Assembly (NCBI GenBank): GCA_046483985.1
Contig: JAWOCD010000005.1
Location: forward strand, 1 to 64,000
Direction of reading: 5' to 3'
Length of the DNA: 64,000 nucleotides
From: Promethearchaeia archaeon
GTDB lineage: Archaea > Asgardarchaeota > Lokiarchaeia > Sigyniarchaeales > SOKP01
Shown here: in pieces, positions 49,084 through 59,016 of the stretch
How positions within the stretch are numbered: position 1 is the first letter of the stretch
Layout: every line of letters starts with the position of its first letter
Translations under genes and position numbers: made by a program
The notes under the pieces: model-generated
What the model saw: the letters and a program-made list of their open reading frames with translations, nothing else
What the model was told of the DNA's origin: nothing
Database searches by the model: none

Positions 49084-50277
49084 GTGAAGAAAATGGCGAT
49101 TAAAAAAGTTGGAATTTTAACTGGTGGAGGCGACTGTCCGGGACTTAATAGCGTAATCTATGGAATTATGCTAAAAGCATTTGACGCGGGCCTAGAATGT
49201 ATTGGAATCATAAAAGGGTGGAAAGGTTTTATGGAAAATGACACTATTGCATTAGATATAGCAGAACACGATGATCTTCATACCGTGGGCGGGACGTTAT
49301 TATATACAAGCCGTACTAATCCTTTTGAAAGGTTGAAGAAATTAGAAACAGAAGAAGAAAAAGAACAATTTAAGAAGAAAAGAGCACAAGAGATGGCCGC
49401 CCAGTTCGATGAACTCGGGATTGATGCACTTGTAGTGATTGGCGGGGATGATACCCTTGGAGTTGCTGATACGATGCATAAATATGCCGAAACAAATGTG
49501 ATTGGCTGCCCAAAAACGATTGATGATGATGTGAGTGGAACGGATTACACTTTTGGCTTTTGGAGCGGAACTCAATTAGCGTCCAATTCTCTTGACAACC
49601 TCACCACGACTGCTCGTTCTCATCAACGTGTTTTTATCGTCGAGATTATGGGTCGTGATGCGGGATTTCTTACAATGTATAGTGGACTCTCGGCTGGAGC
49701 AGATATTATCTTGATCCCAGAGTCTCCCTTTAATTTGGAAGAGGATGTCATTAATGTACTTAAGGAAAGAGTACGAAGAGGATATAAATATCATATTATT
49801 GCGTGTTCTGAAGGAGCCTATCCTACGAATGAGTCACTTAAAGAAGATTTTAATACTATCTCAAAAGAAACGATTGATAAATTACCGAAGGACTCATTTG
49901 GCAATCCATTACTTGCAAAATTAAACATTTCTCAGATTCTAGTAAAGGAATTGAATATGCGTGATGATATAAAAAAAGTCTTTGCGGAAAACGGAATTAC
50001 TTATGAATGTAGAAGTGTAGTTCTTGGACATACCATGAGAGCGGGAACCCCAAATGCATTTGATAGAATTCTTGGACTTCGATTCGGATTAGCAGCGATG
50101 AAACAAATCCTTGAGGGAAATTTTGGAAAGATGGTCTCTTTACGGGGAAATTCAATCGAACCAGTCCCTCTTGCGGCTGCAGCGGAGAAAAAATATATTA
50201 AAGAAGATAGCGATCTCATGGAACTTAAGGAACTCTTAGTAAAAGTCCGTTATTTGTCCAAGGATTCAAATTCATGA
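49084..50277 (+). CDS. pfkA: 6-phosphofructokinase, PfkA family, probably PPi-dependent
   Basis: TGGGDCPGLN, GGDDT, PKTIDDD, EIMGR, LGH. Confidence 0.92.
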   Translation: MKKMAIKKVGILTGGGDCPGLNSVIYGIMLKAFDAGLECIGIIKGWKGFMENDTIALDIAEHDDLHTVGGTLLYTSRTNPFERLKKLETEEEKEQFKKKRAQEMAAQFDELGIDALVVIGGDDTLGVADTMHKYAETNVIGCPKTIDDDVSGTDYTFGFWSGTQLASNSLDNLTTTARSHQRVFIVEIMGRDAGFLTMYSGLSAGADIILIPESPFNLEEDVINVLKERVRRGYKYHIIACSEGAYPTNESLKEDFNTISKETIDKLPKDSFGNPLLAKLNISQILVKELNMRDDIKKVFAENGITYECRSVVLGHTMRAGTPNAFDRILGLRFGLAAMKQILEGNFGKMVSLRGNSIEPVPLAAAAEKKYIKEDSDLMELKELLVKVRYLSKDSNS

Positions 50278-50410
50278 AACGCTATTCTTCAAAAATAATT
50301 TATCAAAAAATAATTAGTTTTCAATTTTCTTTCTTTTTCTTATATTTCAAGGAGTTCAAAAATAGCGGATAAAAAAAATAAAATAAAAAAATTAAAATAA
50401 AATTAAAAGT

Positions 50411-51649
50411 TCATCCAAAATGTTTCTCCTCTTCGGCATCAGCATCAATTGCATCTTGTTCCACGTCTCTCCCTACCCACTTTTTACTTAGCACTTCATT
50501 ATAATATTCATGTTGTATAATAAGAGACATTATCTCTGAAGTTCCAGTCCAGATCATACTCAACCGAGCATCTCTAAGAAGGCGTTCAATAGGATAAACT
50601 GTAGTATACCCTATACCGCCCATTACTTGCATTGCGTTATTAATTATGTCCCAGCATTTTTCAGTTGCAAACTTTTTCGATTCCGAAACTAATCTCCTTT
50701 GTACGCTCGGAGGGGCTCCCGCATCAATAGCTTTTGCGGTATTCATTACTAAAGATCGCGAAGCATCCAGTAAAGAGATACTGTCCGCAATATTAAAACT
50801 AACAGCTTCGAATTTTTTAATAACTTTTCCGAATGCCTTTCGTTTTGAACTATATTTTGCCGCAATCTTTAAGCACGCTCTTGCAGTTCCAAGTATCCCT
50901 CCTGCGCTAGTCATCCGTTCGGGAACCATCATTTGATAAAAGATTTTTCCGCCTCCCCCTTCTCCAAGAATTAAATTTTCCTCTGGAACTTCAACGTTTT
51001 CAAATTTTAAGCGACCGGCTCCTCCACCTCGGGTTCCCATTAACCCATAAATATATTCCGCAGTTACATTATCTGTTTTATCCACAATGAAAAGACTAAT
51101 TGATTTTTTAGGATCAGCATCAGGATCCGTTTTTGCATATACCAAAAAGAAGTCCGCTCCCTCAGCTCCAACCACAAATCGTTTTTCCCCGTTTAAAATA
51201 TAATGGTCTCCCTCTTTCTTGGCAGTTGTGGTGGCTCCAAAAAAGTCAGATCCTCCTCTTGGTTCTGTTAGCGCTTCCGCGGTAAATTTTTTTCCTTCCA
51301 ACATGGGTTTTAGATAATTTTCTTTCTGATATTCAGACCCAAACATATTTATTGCTTCTCCACAAATTGAGGGCAGCGAATAAAGGCATCCTAATGCCAT
51401 CCCGAGCACACCAATCTCTTGCAGTGCTACTATCTCACTTTCCCACCCTAATCCACGCCCCCCATATTTTTTGGGAAATCGCAATCCAATCAAATTATGT
51501 TCTGCAAGTTTTTCAACATATTCAGTGGGATATTGAATCTCATCTTTGTCCATTTTCTTTAAAAGAGAATGTGGCACCTCTTCTTTCACAAAAGCGCGCG
51601 TCTCCTCTTGAATTTTTTTAGCTTCGTCATTTACAATATAATCAAACAT
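50411..51649 (-). CDS. Acyl-CoA dehydrogenase
   Basis: [44 protein letters not shown]. Confidence 0.95.
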   Translation of the reverse strand: MFDYIVNDEAKKIQEETRAFVKEEVPHSLLKKMDKDEIQYPTEYVEKLAEHNLIGLRFPKKYGGRGLGWESEIVALQEIGVLGMALGCLYSLPSICGEAINMFGSEYQKENYLKPMLEGKKFTAEALTEPRGGSDFFGATTTAKKEGDHYILNGEKRFVVGAEGADFFLVYAKTDPDADPKKSISLFIVDKTDNVTAEYIYGLMGTRGGGAGRLKFENVEVPEENLILGEGGGGKIFYQMMVPERMTSAGGILGTARACLKIAAKYSSKRKAFGKVIKKFEAVSFNIADSISLLDASRSLVMNTAKAIDAGAPPSVQRRLVSESKKFATEKCWDIINNAMQVMGGIGYTTVYPIERLLRDARLSMIWTGTSEIMSLIIQHEYYNEVLSKKWVGRDVEQDAIDADAEEEKHFG

Positions 51650-51816
51650 ATTTAACTCAACTCTTTTGTTATCAATTAATTATATTTATGGAAATAATTT
51701 AATTATATTTATTTAAAACAACTCAAAGCGACCAAGAAATTTATATTTTAAAAATGATATGGATTTAATCTTTTCTATATTACCATCCACTAAAATATTT
51801 CATGTGGTGAAAAGAG

Positions 51817-52125
51817 ATACATAGTAAAATTCTTCTGGCAGTAGATGACTCTGAAGATGCACTAGGGGTCGTAAAAAGAGCTATTGAGATAAAAAAAAAA
51901 AATTAATAATCCCTTCTGTTGACTATTGGAAAAAGCTAATAAACTTTTTAAAAAAGAGCAATTGGAGGTATAAACCCGGCTTGTAGAAGAAATTAAATAA
52001 GAAGATTTTGATTTGGCGGTCTTAGGGACAGAGGAAGATATTCGAATGTAAAACAAATTGTTTTAGGTACTATGACAACAAATGTGTTGAACATAATTTC
52101 CTGTGATGTCCTTGTGGTTCGCTAA
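51817..52125 (+). pseudogene. Degraded universal stress protein (UspA family) gene
   Basis: IHSKILLAVDDSEDALGVVKRAIE ... LLEKANKLFKKEQLEV*TRLVEEIK*EDFDLAVLG / RGRYSNVKQIVLGTMTTNVLNIISCDVLVVR*; two stops, a frameshift and apparent deletions. Confidence 0.85.
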
Positions 52126-52189
52126 ACAGTTTCTTTAATACGTTCTCAAATCAAAAGGAAGATTATTTTTTTAAACTTGGTTAATAGTT

Positions 52190-52864
52190 CTAATAGTTCT
52201 TTAATTGGGAATAGAGAAAAATAAGTATTCCAATAATCATTATAACGGGCGGAATTTCCAACGGAAAAGCCGGAAAGGAGGAAACAAATAATTCCGTATC
52301 CATCATGTTACCGATTGTTATAAAAATCAATCCGACTAATAACCAAGCTGCATTCTTTCGAACAGCACCTGTCCCCTTAATTATAATATATATGTAAAGA
52401 AAAAATACTACACCGATAGAAACTGGCAAGAGGGTATACATCATGGTAAGCGCGATATATCTGTCCGCTCCACCTATTAAAGAAACCAGAGCTATTCCAA
52501 ATGTAATGAGAGTCACAATTAAAAAGATCTTTTTTGTTTTGGTAATCATGTAGGTCTCTAATATATATAACCAGAAGATTATCCCAATTAAGGAACTGAT
52601 ATAGCCCACAGTGGTGTAAAAATCATAATACTCCGAGTTGCGAACCCCAAAGATGAAGAAAATCCGAGTTAATCCAAAAAATAAAGTAAAAACCGCATAA
52701 CCAAAAAAAACCATTTTACTGCTTTTCAAATCGATTTCTCTTCCCTTCATTAAAAACAAGAAGAACGCAAGAAATAAAAGCCCAATTGATATAATCCAGA
52801 GAATAAGAGAAGGACCTTCGTAATATTCGATTCCTTGAAATGAGTCTGGTAATTCTAATATCAT
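52190..52864 (-). CDS. Seven-transmembrane hypothetical protein
   Basis: Seven about 20-aa hydrophobic segments in 224 aa; no soluble domain. Confidence 0.78.
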   Translation of the reverse strand: MILELPDSFQGIEYYEGPSLILWIISIGLLFLAFFLFLMKGREIDLKSSKMVFFGYAVFTLFFGLTRIFFIFGVRNSEYYDFYTTVGYISSLIGIIFWLYILETYMITKTKKIFLIVTLITFGIALVSLIGGADRYIALTMMYTLLPVSIGVVFFLYIYIIIKGTGAVRKNAAWLLVGLIFITIGNMMDTELFVSSFPAFPLEIPPVIMIIGILIFLYSQLKNY

Positions 52865-52919
52865 TAATATCTAGATTAAGAAAGTATATACTTTTTTAAA
52901 AATTATTTTAATTTAGAAA

Positions 52920-53342
52920 TTATTTAATGATTTCAGTTATGAAACACGTCTCGATTATTTTGACACCTTCAATAGGAGATATCTTTGATTCTATTAGCGG
53001 ATTAAAGTCTTGTATATCCGAAATTTCTACAATGGCAAAGATCCCACAATCCCCCGATAATCTCCAAATATCCGTGATCTCCTCAACAGATCGTAATTTT
53101 TTTAAGATCCTTTTGATTTCTTTATAATTCGGTTCAATTTTAATGGTTGCCTGGATTTTGGGCTCTGAATCAATTTCATATTCGATTGTAAATTTTTCAA
53201 TAACTCCCTCTTCAACTAAGTTTTTAACTCTCCTTCTAACCGTTGCATTTGTCCTATCTACAACTTTCGCAATATCACTATAGGACTGTCTTCCATCTCG
53301 TTCTAATTCTTCTAAAATTTTTTTATCGATAATATCTACCAT
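52920..53342 (-). CDS. Lrp/AsnC family transcriptional regulator
   Basis: IDKKILEELERDGRQSYSDIAK...VRRRVKNLVEEGVIEKF; RLSGD. Confidence 0.94.
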   Translation of the reverse strand: MVDIIDKKILEELERDGRQSYSDIAKVVDRTNATVRRRVKNLVEEGVIEKFTIEYEIDSEPKIQATIKIEPNYKEIKRILKKLRSVEEITDIWRLSGDCGIFAIVEISDIQDFNPLIESKISPIEGVKIIETCFITEIIK

Positions 53343-53673
53343 TTTTTTCTCATCCTATAATACATTATTCTAATATGATCACTTATTTATGAAAAAAGTG
53401 AGATTTCTTATATAATTTGTTTAAAATTTTAAATCTATATTTAGGAACTGGATAGTTGTGTTTTTCATTTCTTAAATAATAATTAAATATTTTCCCTTAG
53501 TATATAGAAAAATTCCTTAAATAGGTTGGTTTTAATGTGTTTTCCTTGAATTCTCTCACTCCACTCATACTTGTGTTAACTTCAACGTTTTTAATAACTT
53601 TACTTTCTGTATCTTAGTAGGAAATAAGAGAAAGGAACGAGATTTTTTAAGAAAATTTGTATTATAATACAAG

Positions 53674-54990
53674 ATGGAATTAAGAATTTCGTTAAACAAG
53701 TGGATATTAAGAGCATTTATCTTATCCATTTTGATCCGTTTATTTTTGGCTTCCTTGAATATCTTCCCATTGATGGATGATATAATCAACCCTTTTTTAG
53801 AACTTGAACTGATTCAAAATCTTGAACTTTTTTCTGATTATCATTTTTATTATAAGGAATTCGCGAAAGAATTTGTGTCCGGCAATTGGATACCGTATTT
53901 GGAAGATGCGAAAATTCACTCTATTGAGTATCCCTTGCTTTATCCTCCCTTCTTTTTGTACGCTATTAGTTTTCCGGCGTTAATTCATCCAGATTTAACG
54001 TTTGTTCTCCTGTTATTCGCGGATTGTTTACTTCCCTTAATGGTCTATAAATTTCTTCGGGAATTTCAAACAAAAAAGGTTGCAGAATGGGGGTTGTTGG
54101 CAACTGCATACTCTCCCTTTCTCCTAATTTATACGGGCGCTTTATTTTTGAATACGTCTTTAGTTAACTTATTTTTTATAAGTACTCTCTATTATGTTGC
54201 GAAGCGGAAATATAATTTAGCTACGCTTCTTCTGGGAATCTCATTTTTATTTAAACAGATTATTCTTTTTTTTATAATCCCTCTCGTGCTATATATGACT
54301 CTTGATTCTACACAGAGTGAGAATGGAAAAAAAGATTCATTTAAATTGGCACTTAAATACTTTGGAATTTTATTTCTTGTGATTTTTCTTGGATCTTTAC
54401 CGTGGATTATAATTAGTCCGTTTAATTATATCATTTCTCTTTCCGTTGGAGAACTACCTAATTTCTTTCCACAATTTCAAAGCTTCAAAAGTTGGTGGGT
54501 CAGGCCGATCAAATGGTACGATTTCTTGATTCTTAAGGATGCTCCCTATTGGGTTATTTATATCGCTGGATTTCTAAACTTTTCTTTATTTGGTATATAC
54601 CTTGTGCAGATACTTGCCATGTATCTTCTTTATAAATGGCATCACACCGAAGAATTAGATTTTAAACACTTTCTCAACTTATTACTCATTATTGCATTTT
54701 TATCGCATCTTTGGATGTCTCGTGGAGTATTTAAATATTATTTTACATTTTTTATCCCTATTGTAGTACTATGGTTAGGATATTATCAAACGGTTCAAAT
54801 ATCGCAACGAAAATCAAAACGGAACAGACTTTTATTTTTAATGATAGGGATTTCATTATTTCTCATACTTCTTAATAGATATATCTATTTACTGATTGTT
54901 TGGCTCTTATTTTTTGTTTTTTCTTATAAAATTATAATGAAGGTTAGGATTGATGGAATTCCCGAAGAATTCCACCAAGGTGGCTTTTGA
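53674..54990 (+). CDS. GT-C fold polytopic glycosyltransferase (GT87/mannosyltransferase-like)
   Basis: SDY..YY after TM1, PY....YPP loop, SFLFKQ, YFTFFIP; about 10 TM. Confidence 0.7.
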   Translation: MELRISLNKWILRAFILSILIRLFLASLNIFPLMDDIINPFLELELIQNLELFSDYHFYYKEFAKEFVSGNWIPYLEDAKIHSIEYPLLYPPFFLYAISFPALIHPDLTFVLLLFADCLLPLMVYKFLREFQTKKVAEWGLLATAYSPFLLIYTGALFLNTSLVNLFFISTLYYVAKRKYNLATLLLGISFLFKQIILFFIIPLVLYMTLDSTQSENGKKDSFKLALKYFGILFLVIFLGSLPWIIISPFNYIISLSVGELPNFFPQFQSFKSWWVRPIKWYDFLILKDAPYWVIYIAGFLNFSLFGIYLVQILAMYLLYKWHHTEELDFKHFLNLLLIIAFLSHLWMSRGVFKYYFTFFIPIVVLWLGYYQTVQISQRKSKRNRLLFLMIGISLFLILLNRYIYLLIVWLLFFVFSYKIIMKVRIDGIPEEFHQGGF

Positions 54991-55163
54991 GGGGGAATGT
55001 GGTTATGATTTCCATGTTGATTCCCAAAAACAGCTTTAATGAATACATTTGAGTGAAATCGCCAGTTAAATGATTCGTCTTAACCCCTCGATTTTTGAAT
55101 GCCCTCCTTTTTTACATGACCACCAATTATATAAATTTGTCGCTACTTAAATATTTTGAAAGA

Positions 55164-55188
55164 TTAACAAGCTTAACAAGCTTAACAA
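55164..55188. repeat. Short tandem repeat (ttaacaagc, about 2.8 copies)
   Basis: ttaacaagc ttaacaagc ttaacaa. Confidence 0.8.
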
Positions 55189-55220
55189 TTCTAAACTTAA
55201 TTTGTTTTTTAGCATCCAGA

Positions 55221-55412
55221 TTAACTAAACACGCCTAAAGGCGTGAGATTCATATTCTCTGATACATAATCTTTACATTAGACAAAATATAGGTTGGCTC
55301 TCCTACCTTAAATTAAGGTCCTGCTTCTTTTTATGATTACGAAGTAGATTTAGTGATTTAAACGCAAAATTCATCTCCATCCTAAAGGATGGAGTTTTCT
55401 TTTGCTTTTTTG
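55221..55412 (-). mobile_element. Non-autonomous IS200/IS605-family derivative (PATE-like), no transposase or tnpB
   Basis: Two related hairpins with the same loop: ctccatcc-taaa-ggatggag (55375-55394) and cacgcc-taaa-ggcgtg (55230-55245); TTTAT immediately 5' of the left end on the minus strand (55413-55417). Confidence 0.72.
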
Positions 55413-55502
55413 ATAAAAATTGCTAAGTACAAAAAATTAAATTTCATAAATGTGTTATTAAGTTAGGTATTGGATATTTTAGTTTTGTGGTAGGATAAGA
55501 AT

Positions 55503-56543
55503 ATGAGATTATACTGGACCGTGCTTAAAGATGTTGATGCAATTGAATATGAATTTGCACCACTCCATTTCAATCGAAGGGCCCAAATTTTAGAGAGCGT
55601 AAAAGCCCCTAAAAATGATAAATGCAACGAAGAGTGGATGAAAGAATCGATTATTATTGAGCAGAGCGCGAAATTGTTACCACTTGTAAGGAGATTTCCT
55701 GGTCGTATGGTAAAAGCGGTTAAAATCGAATTTAATGGAAAAGAGTTATTAATTTTTGATGCTGATTATTCCTTTTTACAGAATGGCTGGTATGGGATGA
55801 CCATTCTAAAGACGCGTAAAGAAGATCTACCTGTGAATCAAGAATTACAGTTGAGTAGCGAAGTTTATGAGATCGTGAATGATTATCTCTTGGGAAAAAT
55901 TACTGATCTGAAATCTGGGATACAAAAGGAAATTGAAAAATATAAAAATTCCCAAGTAGTCTCTTGCTTTAATAAGGCAAGGAAAAAGAAAGGAGAGAAA
56001 TATTTTTTAGAGGATATTATTGATCCATTGGATACTTCCTCGTCAAAGTGGGACATTTTCCTTATCCACAAAACGGGAGAGCCCGTAACAGACATTTATC
56101 GAGTATTTAAAAGCTATTCAAATGGCTCAACCAATTTTATCAAATTAGACATGGAGCGAAAATATGATTTACCAGGATATGAGAAGGAAATGGAACTTAC
56201 CAAAATTCATAACCTAAATTGTATGGCTCTTAGTGCAGCATATACACTTTGCGGGAAAGTGGGCAATTTAATGGGGTATAAACGAGCGAAACTCCGTCAT
56301 ACTACGACTAAACTTCATAAAAACCTAGGAGTTGGATTCACTTTCTTGGAGCATGCTGAGATAAAGGGAAAGGAAATAATTTTTTGTTTAGATGTTAAAA
56401 ATAAACTATCTGCTGGAGATAAACATATCAATAAATTGTTTGGGAACGAACGGAAAACACTTAAAAAGATAAAAAAAAACATTGTTAAGTCGGGTTCTTT
56501 AAAAGCATCAAAAATACGTAAGAGCATTAGAAAAGAGATATAA
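55503..56543 (+). CDS. Hypothetical protein (basic C-terminus)
   Basis: 346-aa ORF; no motif recognised. Confidence 0.7.
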   Translation: MRLYWTVLKDVDAIEYEFAPLHFNRRAQILESVKAPKNDKCNEEWMKESIIIEQSAKLLPLVRRFPGRMVKAVKIEFNGKELLIFDADYSFLQNGWYGMTILKTRKEDLPVNQELQLSSEVYEIVNDYLLGKITDLKSGIQKEIEKYKNSQVVSCFNKARKKKGEKYFLEDIIDPLDTSSSKWDIFLIHKTGEPVTDIYRVFKSYSNGSTNFIKLDMERKYDLPGYEKEMELTKIHNLNCMALSAAYTLCGKVGNLMGYKRAKLRHTTTKLHKNLGVGFTFLEHAEIKGKEIIFCLDVKNKLSAGDKHINKLFGNERKTLKKIKKNIVKSGSLKASKIRKSIRKEI

Positions 56544-56824
56544 TTAAAATAAAGAAATACTTTTAAGATTCTATTAAGGAAAAAATAGAAGTTTTTAAAA
56601 GAGTCTGAATGCTTCTTTCATTTTCTCTATTCGTTTCCTTTATTTCAAATTCGATTTCCAAACCCCTTCTCTTTCCTCTTTATTTTCCAATTCCAAGATT
56701 CCATTTGGTACTTTAACTTTTTCTTTCCGATTTTCGAATGCAAATTTTCTAAGACTGAAAATTTATATGTAGCTTTTTATTTAAAATAACCATTGTAATC
56801 ATAGATAAAGAAGGTGTAAAACTG

Positions 56825-58882
56825 ATGGGAAATAAATGGAATAAATACTTACGATTGAAACGCTATGAAAATCTCCCGAAGATGGTTTTTGATGTCATTC
56901 AGAGACATTCGGAAAAACTTGCGATGCGTTGGTTTGAGGACGGCGGAGATTCCATACAAAAATTAACATATGCCCAGTTAGGCAAAAAAATCATCGATGT
57001 TTTTTATGGATTAAAGCAATTAAATTATGAAAAGGGGGATCATATAGCGATTTGTTCGGAAACTTCTCAAATGTGGGCGTTTGCAGATTTAGGAGTTCAA
57101 TGTCTGGGCGGCGTGACCGTTGCAATATATCCCTCTCTAACCCCAAAAGAGATTCTCTATATTTTGAAGGATTCAGAAACAAAATGTCTCTTTGTTGATT
57201 CACAAGAGAACTTGGAGAAGGTGGTTTCCATTTGGAAAGAGATTATAAATTTAAAAGACGTTATTCTAATGGAAGATATTGATACTGCAACTAAAAAGGA
57301 GGTTATTTCTGATTATTCTTCTAATGAGATTATCCCTCTGGATGGTTCATCGAAACTTGATCATATTTATAGTTGGGAAGAGTTTTTACGACCCGCACTA
57401 GTGAAGAGCATTGAAAGAAAAACTGAATTAGTGGAACAATCAATGGATGCAATTAAAGAAGAGGATTTGGCAAGCCTAATCTATACTTCGGGTACGACCG
57501 GCATCCCAAAAGGAGTTATGCTTACCCATAAAAACTTTCTCAGCGATATCGTTGCCTCCTCTGCAATTGCTAGTACATTGGAAAAGGACGAAAAACCATG
57601 GGCACAAGACACTATTACATATTTACCGTATGCTCATTCGTTTGGAAGGACCGTGGAAGAGTATAGCATGATCTATAATGGTTCTTGTATCAATTATGTT
57701 GGTGGACGTTCCCAAGAGCTATTACAGAAAGCGTTTGAAGAATTCCAACCAACTATTATGATCGGAGTACCTTATGTGTTTCAAAAGCTCTATGAAACCA
57801 TTATGCAAACAGTAGATGAGATGTCTGAGTACGTACAGAATATATTTCATAAAGCAGTGAAGGCGGGAAAGGAATATTATACGAATAAAATCGAAGGCAA
57901 GAAAAATTCATTTGGATTACGTATTAAATATTGGATCCTAAAGAAATTAGTTCTTGGGCAAATTCAAAAAAAGTTAGGAGGAAGATTGAAAATTATGCTC
58001 TCTGGTTCGGCTGCCATATCCCCCTCTTTGATGCTTTTCTTCTTATCGTGCGGATTTAATATGTTAGAAGGGTATGGTCTTACAGAGTCTGCGCCAGTCA
58101 CTCATGTGCTACGAAATGAAGAGAACTCAGACTTTCGTCCCAATTTCAGTAAAAAAATCCCCTTATATGAGAAATTAGGGTCTATCGGTCCACCGGTCGA
58201 GATTCCAAACAATCCCTATGAAAATGTTCAGCAGAAGCTAACTGAAGAAGGAGAATTACTGATAAAAGGACCGATGGTTATGAAAGGATACTGGAAAAAA
58301 CCAAAACTTACAGCAAATGTAGTAGACGAAGATGGTTGGCTCCATACTGGCGATTTAGCGGAGATAGATAATGACGGATATGTAAAGATAAAAGGTCGTT
58401 TGAAGGCTATTGTGAAATTATCTACGGGCAAAATGGTTAGCCCCGCCGCAGTGGAAGGGATGATTGTCCCGTATTCTGAAATAGTTGCTCAAATCATCCT
58501 TGTGGGCTCAGAAAAAAAGTATCTCACAGCGATAGTAGTTCCTTACCAAGAGCCGCTAAAAAACTATGCGGAAGAGCATGACATTTCCTATGATACATGG
58601 GAAGATATTATCCGCACTCCTGAAATACTACAATTAATAAAAAAAGATATAGAAGAATATACTGAGGATGTGTCGCATTATTCCGTCCCAAAGAAATTCG
58701 CAATAAGCAGTCAACCTTTTGGAAAAGGAGATGGATATTTAACTCCGACCTTGAAGTTTAAGCGAAATAAGATTTACGAAGATTTTCAAGACGTGATTGA
58801 CAAACTCTACGAAATTGATGGGGAATTCTATATAATTGAAGAACGGATGACAGATTTCTACGATCAGAGCCTACTTACTTAA
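56825..58882 (+). CDS. fadD: Long-chain fatty-acid-CoA ligase
   Basis: IYTSGTTGIPKGVMLTH, EGYGLTES, GWLHTGDL, LTPTLK. Confidence 0.94.
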   Translation: MGNKWNKYLRLKRYENLPKMVFDVIQRHSEKLAMRWFEDGGDSIQKLTYAQLGKKIIDVFYGLKQLNYEKGDHIAICSETSQMWAFADLGVQCLGGVTVAIYPSLTPKEILYILKDSETKCLFVDSQENLEKVVSIWKEIINLKDVILMEDIDTATKKEVISDYSSNEIIPLDGSSKLDHIYSWEEFLRPALVKSIERKTELVEQSMDAIKEEDLASLIYTSGTTGIPKGVMLTHKNFLSDIVASSAIASTLEKDEKPWAQDTITYLPYAHSFGRTVEEYSMIYNGSCINYVGGRSQELLQKAFEEFQPTIMIGVPYVFQKLYETIMQTVDEMSEYVQNIFHKAVKAGKEYYTNKIEGKKNSFGLRIKYWILKKLVLGQIQKKLGGRLKIMLSGSAAISPSLMLFFLSCGFNMLEGYGLTESAPVTHVLRNEENSDFRPNFSKKIPLYEKLGSIGPPVEIPNNPYENVQQKLTEEGELLIKGPMVMKGYWKKPKLTANVVDEDGWLHTGDLAEIDNDGYVKIKGRLKAIVKLSTGKMVSPAAVEGMIVPYSEIVAQIILVGSEKKYLTAIVVPYQEPLKNYAEEHDISYDTWEDIIRTPEILQLIKKDIEEYTEDVSHYSVPKKFAISSQPFGKGDGYLTPTLKFKRNKIYEDFQDVIDKLYEIDGEFYIIEERMTDFYDQSLLT

Positions 58883-59016
58883 TTTCTTTCTTTTTCTTAT
58901 CTTTTTTAATTAACTCTCTCCTCTCTAGTTAAATGAGTAGTGGAATTAATAACGAAATTTAAAAAACAGTAGTCAATGATATAATATATAGAATTAAAAA
59001 AAGAGTATAATTACAG

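Noticed and set aside
55503-56543. TnpB/Cas12 identity for the ORF beside the IS605-like element
   Set aside because: It lies outside the element ends and on the opposite strand, and lacks the RuvC D/E/D and C4 zinc-finger motifs
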